Assembly: GCF_006345805.1 (NCBI RefSeq)
Contig: NC_043000.1
Coordinates: 130,510,001 to 130,574,000, forward strand
Length of the DNA stretch: 64,000 bases
Source of the DNA: Octopus sinensis
Taxonomy: Eukaryota
Reading direction: 5' to 3'
Shown: in pieces, positions 13,465 through 26,336 of the stretch
Layout: each line of letters begins with the position of its first letter
Position numbering within the stretch: the stretch's first letter is position 1
Position numbers and translations under genes: made by a program
Notes under the pieces: generated by a model
The model's database searches: none
Told to the model about the DNA's origin: nothing
The model's input: only the letters and a program-made list of their open reading frames with translations

Positions 13465-13823
13465 ACATACATATAAGAGGAATGACCACTATGTGGATTC
13501 CTAATATGCTAAAAGTAGACCACATATGGTCTGACCCCTAAGAAAATCTGTTCTCAAGAAAATTCAGCAAACACCAGAACGTAAAGCGAGCAAAACAAAT
13601 GACAGTCACAGTGAGGATTTGCAGGCATGTACGCAATGTAAACGGTAACATTGAAACCATGGTATGTTCCTAATCATTTTATTTTGTATCTTTTCATTTG
13701 TCTTGCTCGCTTTATGTTCTGTCATCTGCCGAATTTCCTTGAGAACAATTTTTCTTAGTGGTCAGACTATATGGGGGTCTACCTTTAGCATATTAGAAAT
13801 CCACCTAGTGGCCATTCCCCTTA

Positions 13824-13830
<7 letters not shown>
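13465..13830. repeat. foldback / long inverted repeat (~138-bp arms, ~91-bp spacer)
   Basis: 13465-13602 is the reverse complement of 13694-13830 at roughly 80-85% identity by eye. Confidence 0.85.
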
Positions 13831-13861
<31 letters not shown>

Positions 13862-13874
13862 ATTTCCTTCTTAT

Positions 13875-14150
13875 TGTCCGATGGAAATTGATTGCATTCC
13901 TTGTAAAGAATAACTTGTTGCAGGGCTGAAGTTGTCCAATACAACTCGGAGCACTATGTTAAAATGTGGAAGTAGCTGCTCAACAACTCAAATGTGGACG
14001 TGATATATTTCCACTTTGCAAAAGCCTTTGTTGAAGTTCATCTTGGCATGATATGTCAAACTGCGTGATCTAGGCGCAGTCGGAATATTGAAAAAATGGT
14101 TACACGACTTTTTACACGATAGAAAGCAGGAAGTGGTAACAGAAGGACAC
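13875..14150 (+). pseudogene. CR1/L2-type LINE reverse transcriptase fragment
   Basis: LIAFLVKNNLL ... NVDVIYFHFAKAFVEVHLG ... KWLHDFLHDRKQEVV resembles the DVIYLDFAKAFDKV.H and W..FL..R.Q.V motifs. Confidence 0.75.
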
Positions 14151-14399
14151 CTATGTGGCTAAACTGACAGGGAATATTTCAGGACTAAAATTTCAAGAAG
14201 CGTAAGCAGAAAAGCTGTCACTAGCAACCAACTATTACTTGTTAGGAAGTAACATCTTTTTCCCTAAATGTTTTAGTTGTGTGTGAGGTCAAATGCGAAT
14301 AGTAACATACTCCTGGGTGTCACCATATTTTACCCATCTCATCATCGAGTACGTGACGGCTGGAGTACTGACGATGGCACTAGTAGTCAGCTTGTAATC

Positions 14400-14505
14400 G
14401 TTTCCAATTGATTTGACTGGAACAACGTGAAATAAATGCCGTGATCAATGACAATGCATAAGCCTGGTCAGGAATCGAAACTAAGAGCTTGTGCATCTAA
14501 CCAAT
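14400..14505 (-). mobile_element. old SINE head 2 / CORE-like fragment
   Basis: actggaacaacgtgaaataaatgcc...ggaatcgaaac is a decayed reverse complement of the head-2 family. Confidence 0.4.
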
Positions 14506-14733
14506 AAACTTATTTGTGATTTCCAGTGTCTTCATTGTTAACAAAAACATTCATTAAACTGATCTTATTGAAATTCTCTTATTTGTTTTTGGAAACGTAA
14601 CCATTCCTAGCAGGGACTTTTTGTTGTAGTTATGATGAATAATTTGAATCAAACAAAGTATCTCAGTATATAACTTGTGTGTGACATTATCTATATCTGT
14701 TTATCTTTCCATCTCTCTCTCGCTCTTTCCCTC

Positions 14734-14777
<44 letters not shown>

Positions 14778-15029
14778 TACAGAGTGGGTAGGCATTAAAA
14801 GAAGGCAAGGAGATTTATTTTGGTTTGATTTAGTAAATTTTTTATTGTTTGATGTTCAATTAAGCATTTGTTCAAATATGAATGCGCAATTAAACACACA
14901 CATGGACACAATCACACATACAACGAAACAAACATACTCAAACAACTACAATTTCTTTCTTAAATAGACACTCATTTAAATTTACATATTGATATATTTA
15001 TGAGTGTGTATCTATACATATATAGATAT

Positions 15030-15064
15030 ATATGTATGTAGGTATATATATATGTATGTATATA

Positions 15065-15143
<79 letters not shown>

Positions 15144-15199
15144 TATATATATATATATATATATAAACATATATAATATATATATTTATATCTATATAT

Positions 15200-15285
<86 letters not shown>
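15030..15285. repeat. compound (TA)n/(GA)n/(CA)n/(TG)n microsatellite
   Basis: Directly visible. Confidence 0.95.
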
Positions 15286-15648
15286 AATGTACTGTTCCTT
15301 GACAGATATAAATATAAATTATCTAAACTAACTATTGCTTAACCATCTTCTCACACTGTCTCGATGAAGGGCTATAATAAATATCCTGGAAACAGCTATA
15401 TGACCTTCTATTTATAAATGTTCTAAAATCTTCACACCTTTGGTTCTTTATGTCATTCTGAACATTTTTATATATATATATGCACATGCTGATATATGAC
15501 CTACGCTGGTCTCCTTATTCGCGTAATCACCGAACCTGGAGCTTAACTATGGTCTATCCATAGCACTTACTCAGTATTAACTGACACTTTGGTTTTTATT
15601 TACATCATTACGTCTCATAGCGTATATGTATGTATGTATGTATGTATA

Positions 15649-16055
15649 GGCACAGGAGTGGCTGTGTGGTAAGTAGCTTGCTAACCAACCACATGGTTCC
15701 GGGTTCAGTCCCACTGCGTGGCACCTTGGGCAAGTGTCTCCTACTATAGCCTCGGGCCGACCAATGCCTTGTGTGTGGATTTGGTAGACGGAAACTGAAA
15801 GAAGCCTGTCGTATATATATATGTGCATATATATATGTATGTATGTGTGTGTGTTTGTCTCCCTAGCATTCCTTGACGGCCGATGCTGATGTGTTTACCT
15901 CCCCGTCACTTAGCGGTTCGGTAAAAGAGACCGATAGAATAAGTACTAGGCTTACAAAGAATAAGTCCCGGGGTCGATTTGCTCGACTAAAGGCGGTGCT
16001 CCAGCATGGCCGCAGTCAAATGACTGAAACAAGTAAAAGAGTAAAAGAGTAAAGA

Positions 16056-16056
<1 letters not shown>
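15649..16056 (+). mobile_element. tRNA-derived SINE family 4 (internal TA/TG microsatellite, (gagtaaaa)n tail)
   Basis: A-box TGGCTGTGTGG, B-box GGTTCAGTCCC, then gcaccttgggcaagtgtc; matches the minus copy at 34540-34950. Confidence 0.9.
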
Positions 16057-16092
<36 letters not shown>

Positions 16093-16263
16093 CACATTTA
16101 TAACCATTGAGAGGAAGCCCCCGAAACTAATTATTCTCTCGCGATAACCCCTAAAACTTCAGAATGTGTAGTTTTTGATTAAATGGACTTGCACAAGCAA
16201 GCTATTTCAAATCTCTCTCTCTCTCTCTCTCTCTCTGTATATATATACATATATACAAACACG

Positions 16264-16358
<95 letters not shown>

Positions 16359-16853
16359 TAACTAAGTATATTTGAATGGGTGAGAGTGTGAGTGTATGTA
16401 TATGTGAATGAGCGAGGAAGATGAAATATGTATTGGTGCTCAATGTGTGGATTTCTCATCTCGTTTCAAATAAGGTTATGATGGACTTTAACATATGTAA
16501 ATGTACTTATGTATATGTGTGTATACATGCAGGTTAAATAGACGTACAAAAATGAAAGGTGCTGTGACTGGATCTGATACACATACAAAAGGGGATTTAT
16601 GCCTCGATGCACGAAGGTATACTTAGCTTAATGCATGCTTATATATAACAAAGTGACAAAGGAATTCATCACTACTACTTCAATAGCATGTGGGATCAAT
16701 TGTATATGTATGTTTCTGTGTGTGTATGTGTGTATGCCTGTGTTTGTGTGTGTAGATGTAGATAGATAGATAGCTACAGAGACACAGAGAGCGATAGGGA
16801 GAGAGACACTAATAAACAGACTGACAGTCAGGCAGGTAAGCAGTTATGCAGGC

Positions 16854-16854
<1 letters not shown>

Positions 16855-16885
<31 letters not shown>

Positions 16886-17035
16886 TGATAGATAGATAGG
16901 TAGGTAGGTAGGTAGGTAGGTAGATAGATAGATACATACATACATACATACATAAATACATACATACATACATACATACATACATACATAATACATACAT
17001 ACATACATACATACATACATACATACATACATACA
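16855..17035. repeat. compound (GATA)n/(GGTA)n/(CATA)n microsatellite
   Basis: Directly visible. Confidence 0.95.
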
Positions 17036-17409
17036 ACGCCATCCCCTGCCTTACAAATCGATATTTCCATGACGAAAATTTGGCCACTGTGATCGATAAA
17101 TAGGTTGATGCTGACATGAATAACAGAAAGTGTGGGCAACAAGAGAATGAGAACATCTTGATTCGAATTAAAATGTGTGAAGTTAATTAGAGAAATTGAA
17201 GTTGGTGATGATTAATATCAAAAGATACAGTGCCATGCTATTTTTTACTACATAGTTCTAGATTCCCGCCACTCCTACATGTTTTATATCAAAAGCAGAT
17301 AACTAATTATGAATATATTCTATTTTATTATTATTGTTAAATTTCTTTCTGCCTCTACGACCTCATAGTTATATATATCCATGTATATGTATACATATAT
17401 ATATATATA

Positions 17410-17476
<67 letters not shown>

Positions 17477-18129
17477 CGCAAATATATATATGGGCAAGTA
17501 CACATAGATATATGAATGTTTATCTACATAGGTTAATAAATATACAAACAGATAAAGTTATAGATATATGTATGTGTGTGTATATACATATATATATATA
17601 AATGCAGGTACGTGTATTAATATATATACATAAATATATATACATGTATATATACCTTTATATATATGTTTGTGTTTATGTGCTTGTATATATATGCGTG
17701 TACGCATGTGTGTACATATATATATACATCATTTTGTATCCATTTTGCTTATTTTGTATATATATTTGTGATTTCTATGCCATGGTTCTATTATTGTTAT
17801 TTTACTTTTTTGCTGCATTTCTTTCTTTTTTCTTTTTTTGTCTTTTTTTTCTTGCAAATTTGGAAAACTGTTTCAAACACACTGCAAAAATAATCCATTA
17901 ATATTTTTTCGTCACGAAATGAAATAATTTGCACGAATGAATGTAAAAAATATTATTAACAATGTTTTGTCATAATTTCATATAACAAAAGAAGCAACAT
18001 TCCGTTCTATTTTTATTAACTTACTTAATTATGAATTAATAATTCAGTTTTATTTTCAAAATAATTATTATAATTGTTATTTTTATGAATTTGGATCTCT
18101 TGCTTCTTTCATTCCTCCTTCTATTCGGT

Positions 18130-18314
18130 CTTCTTCTTCTTCTTCTTCTTCTTCTTCTTCTTCTTCTTCTTCTTCTTCTTCTTCTTCTTCTTCTTCTTCT
18201 TCTTCTTCTTCTTCTTCTTCTTCTTCTTCTTCTTCTTCTTCTTCTTCTTCTTCTTCTACTACTACTTACTACTATTTCTTCTACTATTATTATTGTTATT
18301 ATTATTATTATTAT

Positions 18315-18345
<31 letters not shown>
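18130..18345. repeat. (TTC)n followed by (TTA)n/(TAG)n
   Basis: Directly visible; source of the poly-R/L ORFs. Confidence 0.97.
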
Positions 18346-18346
<1 letters not shown>

Positions 18347-19030
18347 AATAGTGAGCAGATGCGTCTGACAATTTAGTTTTCTATTTGTTTTTGCATTTCA
18401 ATTTCTCACCAAAGAAATGTTATCTCACGAAAGTGCAAATATTACAATATATCCCACAGAGAAATAAAAAAAATCAAAAAAATCAAGATCAAATAAAATT
18501 TTATTGAACAGAAACACTTACTTTCCACTGAAAAATAAAAAAAGTTATTTAAAGTGAAAATCTTCACTTGAAGCAACTAAATCAAATTGTTAGCATCAAA
18601 TACTATAACACCTACAAACATATTTTACAAGTCAGGGAAAACAAGTCAATTTTAATTAGTGAAAGAGACGGAACATGCAACAATTCTTTTATTGGTGATG
18701 CGAGAGACAGAGAAAATTAAGATTACGACTAGGCAGAGGAGCCTATACATAACTGAGATATTTTATGAAGGCAAGGGTCGTCATTTCCATGAAAAATTTT
18801 TATGTAAGATTAAGCGAGAATGAATATTTCATATATTTGTAAATTTGAAATCAAGGAACTTTGCATGCGGCCGCAAAGTAATAGATGTATGTTGCCGAGC
18901 GGAGCATATGATTTCTGTATCTGTCGTTATAGAGTTTGAGGTTATGGAAATGCATACTTCGTTTTCCGAACTGACGATAAGATGAGGAAACAGGAGATTA
19001 TTCATTAAACACACTTCCACAATAACCGTT

Positions 19031-19084
<54 letters not shown>

Positions 19085-19169
19085 AGATAGATAGATAGAC
19101 AGGTAGATATACATATGCATACATACATAGATACATACATACATACATACATGCATACATACATATCTC

Positions 19170-19275
19170 TTCAATCTGTCATCTCGGCCTTCAAAAGGAG
19201 GAACAGATCTTACGCAGTCAACTATCAACCAATTTCACTCACCTCCCATATCATCACATTATTTGAAAAGGTGAT
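19170..19275 (+). pseudogene. CR1-type LINE RT N-terminal fragment
   Basis: VISAFKRRNRSYAVNYQPISLTSHIITLFEKVM matches the PI.K.G....NYRPISLTS..K.FE motif; sits between two TACA/TATG tracts. Confidence 0.75.
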
Positions 19276-21138
19276 GATATACATGATAATTGTTGTGTGT
19301 GCGTGTATGTATGTATGTATGTATGTTTGTAGATATGTATGCTTGTATGTATGTATGTATGCATGCAAGTATGTGTCCTCGCTTATTCCTCGATCACATT
19401 TCTTTTCTTGTTACGTTAACCACAACCTTCGTACCCCCTACTTCAAATCCTCATAGTTGTTTAGTTTTTTCTTGATTCACATTTATCATGTTGTCACCGA
19501 GGCATGCTATGTCGATTTTCATACATCTTCTTTTCTTTTCATTGGCCACACGACGATGAAACACTTGTCAAATGAAATTAGCTTAAATAGAACTAAACTT
19601 ACGCTTATTCGTTATATCCTAGTTTTAAGAAAGTGGTACGTAGAAATGAAGAACAATGAATGCATGATGGAGAGAATATGAGTGTATGCGCCCATATATG
19701 TGTGTGCATGCGTGTGTGAATAATTGAGTAACTGGCATTTCTCTAAGAATTTAAAAAAATTTATTCTACTATCTTTTAAACGAAAGGGCTGATATGAAGC
19801 TATGGAAATCCATTTAAATGAACTTAGTGAAATATATCTTCTGTCGGTTGACTACTAATCAGATTTTCTATAGTCTTATGTAAATGGCGTAAGACACAGA
19901 ATTCTTTGTGTTCAAAGAAGACAAAAACGCAGCTGAGTGAATTAAATGTCTCTGTATATCTGTCTGCAAGGTTAAGAAAACATCATTATTCTCAGAGTTC
20001 TCCTATATTTCAGAGATAGATGCTAGCAAAATTAAGCATAGAAAACAACTTTATGTCATAGCGACTAATAATACCTTTAAACGATGTGTTCGTTCCAGTA
20101 AACCCATTTAAAACTATTATAGCATTTCTGGCACACTTCTTTCTGCACATCTATAACGTGAAAGGGGAGGTTTTAATTGCCCTTTCAGTCTAAATTCAGT
20201 GATAAACCACCATGTTAATGGAGATGTTGCATATTTGAAGTAAGTCTAGTCTCTCCTTTTAAATGCTATTATACAGAGTGCTTTTGTTTCCTATGTAGTC
20301 ATATTAAGTTTAGCGGGAGATGATCGCTCGTTTGGATTATATAATAACTTCTAAATTGGTTTATTATTGGAGATAAATAGCTATAAACAGCAAATTGTAA
20401 ATTGTTCAGTGGTATTTGTTGTGGAATGTTTCGGCTATAATGAATACAAATGTCTCTAATTATTGGATAATATTAAGATACCTTTGTCTACATGTTTAAC
20501 TGTATGAATACATAGTTTAGTTAAAGAATGTGAATGGAACTTAATTGCTAAATAGCATAATAAATGAGCCTATGGAAGAGGGTCAACACAAGAAGTCGAA
20601 CAACGAAAAGATGAAGAGAGTACATTTGCTATCGTCAACGAACTTATATTGACATAGTGATAATTTTGAAGGGCTTGTGCCTTTAAATGCGTCTTGTACA
20701 ATGGTTAAATTAAGAAGATGAGAAACATCTCAATTAAGCCTATCAATAAAACTGTGACCATTGCACGTGTATAGTAGATTGTAGACGAATTAAGAAATTA
20801 GAATAATGAAAACATCCCCATTTTCAATCACAAACTGAACAGAAATAAAAACCGTAATTGGTTTTATTACCTCACAATTCTCTACGATATAAAGGGACTA
20901 AATTATAATTTATGGTCCTTATATTTCTTAATAGAACATGTGGCAATCTCTGGCACATAGACGTTCTGCTTCCTTTTTATGCCTCTTTTTCTAGATATAG
21001 TATTAACCTTTTTTCATTGGAGCTGATTGTCTCACCAAGACTGAAGCCCACCAAACTTGCAGCTTAAAATTCGCGAAAATGCAACTTTCACCAATTCCTT
21101 CTTCCATAGAATAGTGACCCACAATTCTTCTATAGAAT

Positions 21139-21546
21139 GGCGGCGAGCTGATAGAAACTTAAGCACGCCGGGCGAAATTCTTAGCGGTATTTCGTCTGTC
21201 GCTACGTTCTGAGTTCAAATTCTGCCAAGGTCGACTTTGCCTTCCATCCTTTCGGCGTCGATTAATTAAGTACCAGTTACGCACTGGGGTCGATGTAATC
21301 GACTTAATCCGTTTGTCTATCCTTGTTTGTCCCCTCTGTGTTTAGCCCTAGTAAATAAATAGGTATTTCGTCTGTCGTTACGTTCTGAGTTCAAATTCCG
21401 CCAAGGTAGACTTTGCCTTTCATCCTTTCCGGGACGATAATTTAAGTACCAGTTACGCACAGGGGTCGATGTAATCGACTTAATCCCTATGTCTGTCCTT
21501 GTTTGTCCTGTTTATGTTTAGCCTCATGTGTGCAATTAAAAAAAAG
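21139..21546 (+). mobile_element. SINE family 3, tandem dimer (full copy 21139-21361 + 5'-truncated copy 21362-21546)
   Basis: ggcggcgagctg...ttctgagttcaaattc...gtcgactttgccttccatcctttcgg...aagtaccagttacgcactgggg repeated twice; same family at 25958, 26337 and 57998. Confidence 0.9.
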
Positions 21547-21798
21547 AATGGTGACCCACATGAAGTCTATCCCAAAACCACGTATACTTTGTCCTGTAAC
21601 AGTCAAATTAAAGCTATTCAAGCTGTACTGTAACCAAGTCGATTGCAGTTGTCGCACTACTGCCGTAGTTTACGGGACAAATAGATCTCACTCTCTACCT
21701 CTTCCCCTCTCTGGCCTTATATGCGTATACGCATATATGTTAATATATGTATATCTGTCTATTTACCAATGTACATACATTACATACATACATACATA

Positions 21799-23068
21799 TC
21801 AGGTCATCCCATAAGTTCTGTCCGATTTTACCTTTTTGAAAATTGAATGAAATTTAATACTATTTTAGAGTCTCTAATGGAATTTTAAATTATTTTTATG
21901 CATTTGTGTATATTTAAACTAATTAAATGTTATTTTACAGAATAATAGAATTAAAATATTTTGATTAAAACCCTTTCTAACATGGAAGTATCCAATTAGC
22001 ATTTGAGGCACATAATTCTTTATGAGTACAAAAAAGGAAGCTCTGCAGCCGAAGCGACTCGAAACATACACTCGATTTATGGGAAAGACTGCTTGAATGA
22101 AAGAACTCGCAGGAGATGGTTTGCAAAATTCAGAAGTGGAGATTTCAGCCTTGAAGATGAAGGTCGAACAGGACGTCCAGTTGAGATTGATGATAAGGTC
22201 CTTGAGGCATTACTTGAAACAAATCCTGCATTATCAGTTGAAGAATTGTCAATTAAGGTTAGTTCTAACTATACAACTGTTCATCGTTACCTTCAACAAC
22301 TTTGAAAGGTTCCTAGACTTGGAAAATGGGTGCCTCGTGAATTGTCCGATAGCAACCGCAAATCAACCGAGTTGACTTCTGCTCTTCTCTCCATTCTCGC
22401 GAACATATTTCACCCTTTTTGGATAGACTTGTGACTGGTGACGAAAAATGGATCTTCTATCGAAATGTCAAACGTCGTAAACTGTGGCTTCGTAAAAGGA
22501 AAAGAGTTCAACCACAACCGAGAAGGGAACTTTATGGGGAAAAGCTTCTTCTCTCTATCCGGTGGGATTGCAAAGGAGTAATTCACTTTGAATTGTTACC
22601 ACCTAATGCAACAACCAATGTTCAAGTCTACTGTCAGCAATTAGAGTGTTTGAACCAAGCTTTGAAGAAAAAAAGACGCGCTTCAGTGAATCAAGACAAT
22701 GCGTGACCCCACACAGCAAAGATCATATCACAGAAGATAGAAGAGCTTGGTTAGGAAAAAATTCCTCATCCACCTTATTATCCCGACCTTGCTCCTTCAG
22801 ACTCCCATTTGTTTTCTAGTTTACAGAATCATTTGGGGGACAAAATCTTCGCAATCCAGGAGGAGGTCGAAACTGACGTTTCAGAGTTCTTCGCTTTGAA
22901 ACCAAAAGAGTTTTACATTGATGGGGTTAAAAAGCTTGTAAATTGATGGAAGGAAGTCATAGATAATATCAGGGAAAGTACATTGATGATTATATTTCAG
23001 TTAAATATAACATTTAATCATTTGTTTTCTTTATTCAAAATTCGGACAGAACATATGGGATGACCTGA
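21799..23068 (+). mobile_element. full-length mariner transposon (defective), 1270 bp
   Basis: TIRs tcaggtcatcccataagttctgtccgatttt / aaaattcggacagaacatatgggatgacctga; TA TSD at 21797-98 and 23069-70. Confidence 0.95.
21982..22990 (+). pseudogene. mariner D,D34D transposase pseudogene
   Basis: HTH region RHIILYEYKKG..., WVPREL, VTGDEKW, QDNA*PH and HPPYYPDLAPSD, with exactly 34 residues between the 2nd and 3rd catalytic Asp; several stops and frameshifts. Confidence 0.95.
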
Positions 23069-23096
23069 TACACACACACACAAACACATATATATA

Positions 23097-23292
23097 GGGA
23101 TAATTCACAAAACAAAAAACAAAAGACGAAGACAAGTGGTGTAGACAACAAACAGATGTATTAGTATAACGCTCGGGAAGTGAAAAAGTCTTTAGCATTT
23201 CGAGCCTACGCTCTTCCACAGAAAGGTACACAGAAAGAAACAAGGAGAGAAAATAAAGAATATGTAGTGGCTAGCGATCTATCATGGTGAAT
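23097..23292 (-). mobile_element. short non-autonomous repeat with hammerhead-like fold (family H1)
   Basis: Reverse complement of the element at 35501-35695; minus strand reads cttt CTGTGGA A GAGC gtag GCTC GAAA tgct aaag. Confidence 0.75.
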
Positions 23293-23324
23293 CTATCATG
23301 CGCATTAATTGTTAACATTCTAGC

Positions 23325-23817
23325 TCACATCCGCTGTTTAGAGCAGTGCTTGGAAGGAACACGTGTAGCGTGTGGTCGTTGCAGTGACTATGACAGACAA
23401 AGTTTTCATGGTGATACCTGCTTAGAGGCCAACGCAAAGTTGCAGAAAGTATATGGAGAGAAGTGTATGAGCCGCACACAAGAGCATGAGTGTTTCAGAC
23501 GTTTCGAAGATGGCCGAAAAAATGTCGATATTGACGAATGTTCTGGGAGATCCGCAACCAGTAGAACTGAGAAAAACATCGCAGATGTGCGTACAGCTGT
23601 GAGGGGAAATCGTCGAATCGCCATCTGTGAGCTATCAGAGGATGTGCAGATTAGTTACGGTTCATTTCTGTCCATTATCAGTATAGATTTGGGTATGAGA
23701 CGCGTCTCTGCCAAGGTTGTGCCAAAACTGCTTTCAGCTGACCAAAAATGCACTCGGGTTTCAGTTGCACAACATCTCCTTGATTGTGTCGATAACAATG
23801 AAAACTTTGACAACAAC
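23325..23817 (+). pseudogene. second-family mariner transposase N-terminal fragment
   Basis: ORF 23284-23820 contains KLQKVYGEKCMSRTQ..ECFRRFEDGR..D.ECSGRSATS...LGMRRVSAKVVPKLLS, i.e. the mariner HTH region and the WVP..L equivalent. Confidence 0.9.
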
Positions 23818-24067
23818 TGAAAACTTTGCACAGGCTTCTGAGCAGATATCGTCAAGCTTTTGACAAAATTTGATGCAGATTCTCTACTCAACTTTCTCAA
23901 GGTCAATGCGACGATAACACACTACGCACCTTTCTTCCAAGCACTGGCATAAACAGCAGATGTATGGACAGCAGAGTTCCAGGTCAATCTGTGCCAAGCT
24001 GCTTCACTCTGAATGCTTTAGTTTCGTTGCTATTGCGACAGTCCGGGTAGTTATTGATCAAACCACG
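23818..24067 (-). mobile_element. 5' end (left TIR + transposase start) of the same mariner family, inverted
   Basis: Minus strand starts ta|cgtggtttgatcaataactacccggactg (mariner TIR-like) and encodes VE*RICIKFCQKLDDICSEACAKF; aligns to 23325-23450 at roughly 70% by eye. Confidence 0.75.
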
Positions 24068-24331
24068 TATATATCAAAAGAGGATTCTGGAAAAATCATC
24101 TTTTCTACTCTAGGCACAAGGACTAGGGTGGGGGGTCAGTCGATTAGACCGATCCCAGTACGCCACCGGTATTTAATTTATAGATCCCAAAAGGATGAAA
24201 TGCAAAGTCGGCCTCGGCAGAATTTGAGACAGACGAAATACTGCCAGGTTGCTACCTTAGTAGTTTGGAAAAATAATATACCAGCTACATACTGATTTGG
24301 AATACTGGTATAAGCCGATGTGTTTCAAGAG

Positions 24332-24420
24332 GGCAAAGCTTGGATTTTAACCACGAATGCATATATATATATATATTATATATATATATATATAGGCAAA
24401 GCTTGGATTTTAACCACGAA

Positions 24421-24457
<37 letters not shown>
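24332..24457. repeat. 63-bp tandem duplication including a (TA)n tract
   Basis: ggcaaagcttggattttaaccacgaatgcatata at 24332 and 24395. Confidence 0.9.
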
Positions 24458-24478
<21 letters not shown>

Positions 24479-24604
24479 TATATATAATATATATATACGA
24501 TACATATAAAGGGTGAAATATAATTAATTTAATAAAATTCATAAATTACACCTAGTAGTTTTTCGGTATGGAAAGGACCATATTCGGTAAAAATTATATA
24601 TATA

Positions 24605-24811
24605 TATAATAAAGGGTTATTTGCAACAAATTGCTTAATTCACATACCGAAAATATTAGAAATAGCAGCCAAATAGGTTACCATTACTATTACAACAAAA
24701 ATAAGTCTCCACAGACAACAGTATTTGTAACCCGTATATGGTAAAAAGAAGGAAGACCACGAAATCACACAGTCTACTTTGGATGCACTTGTTGCAAATA
24801 ACCCTTTATTA

Positions 24812-24813
<2 letters not shown>
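24605..24813. mobile_element. MITE-like element with perfect 25-bp TIRs in a TA tract
   Basis: tataataaagggttatttgcaacaa (24605-24629) is the exact reverse complement of 24789-24813; the interior resembles 51220-51370. Confidence 0.8.
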
Positions 24814-24850
<37 letters not shown>

Positions 24851-24968
24851 ACAATTCATAAAGTTAAGCTAATTGCTTCCCTATCACATAATACTGCAAT
24901 GCTCCAATGTATGTAATTCCTTTACAAAATTGTCAGAATTTCATCTTTCCATCCCTTGCTTTTCTAAT

Positions 24969-25000
<32 letters not shown>

Positions 25001-25293
25001 ATATATATATAATATATATATATATATATTATATATATATATATTATATATATATTCATATTATATTTATATATATTAATATTTATATTTATATTGATGA
25101 ATAGTGAAATTTATTGATGAATCATTAAACTTGTAAATTTATGTATAATATTCTGCAGAAATAAAATTTTTCAATGCATCCTATACTATAACAAAAGCGT
25201 TGTTTTAACGCCTACAAAGTACTGAAAACCGTGCCGTTATGAAACAATACTCTTTTAAGTATCGTTGTTTCTCACTTTCTTTCTATCTATCTC

Positions 25294-25345
<52 letters not shown>

Positions 25346-25957
25346 TTTCTCTCTGGCTTTCTCTCTCTGTCTTTCTGCAGTTATTTCTTTCTTTCTGTCT
25401 CACCCTCCCTACAGCAATTTCTTTACTTCTGTCTCTCTCTCTCCCTGCAGTCATTACGACCGTTTTCTCAACACGATATTGACTACTGCTTCTTAATAAT
25501 ATACTGCTTAGATAGAACATCTAACAGAGCTTGCTAAGAAAATCCCCGAAGAGAATTCATGACACATCGACTTTATTCAAAGCAAATTAATTTCATTAGT
25601 GGTTTCTTTTCAGAACACACTAATCCTGTTAGTTTTGATGGTCTTCATTTCCATCTATATTACATGAAATAAGCTGTCATGCGAAGGCTTTGGCTTCATG
25701 TCTACATAAATGACATCAATATATATGCATTTCTGTGGATATATAAATTAATAACGCGAGATTTCTACATTATTTCTTCGCCTTAGAATGGTATCTTCGA
25801 ACATTTTTTCTCCATATATCAGCGATGATCAATATATATCGTTATGATTTACAAATGATACATACTACGCTCTACGTCGTTAATGAGGAATTTCAACATC
25901 CCCGACAATTTCGTACGAAAGATCGAAGCCAAAACCAACGTGGTCTCTCTGACCTTA

Positions 25958-26193
25958 AGGCAGCGAGCTGGCAGAAACGTTAGCACGCCGGGAAAAATGC
26001 TTAGCGGTATTTCGTCTGCTTCTACGTTCTGAGTTCCAATTCCGCCGAGGTCGACTTTGCCTTTCACCCTTTCGGGGTCGATTAAATAAGTACCAATTAC
26101 GCACTGGGGTCAATGTAATCGACTTAATCCCTTTGTCTGTCCTTGTTTGTCCGCTCAGTGTGTAGCCCTTTGTGGGCAGCAAAGAAATAGGTA
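25958..26193 (+). mobile_element. SINE family 3
   Basis: Family consensus; perfect 12-bp TSD tctctgacctta at 25946 and 26194. Confidence 0.92.
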
Positions 26194-26336
26194 TCTCTGA
26201 CCTTAGAGTAAAACTGTTTAAATAAAGAGATGTTTGAAGTTCTAATGAACAGTGGAATTGACGAAACAACAGTGATAGAATATATTCTCGAGTAAAAGCA
26301 TCATGAGAATCTTACTACAATTTCAATCTATATATA

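Noticed and set aside
18829-18970. Minus-strand segment after cgtcag reading FGKRSMHFHNLK..., a neuropeptide-like FGKR
   Set aside because: A single dibasic site with no repeats, signal peptide or linked upstream exon; other frames are equally open.
24550-24595. Minus-strand ccgaatatgg...ccataccgaaa as a hammerhead
   Set aside because: The core cannot be placed in register with stem II.
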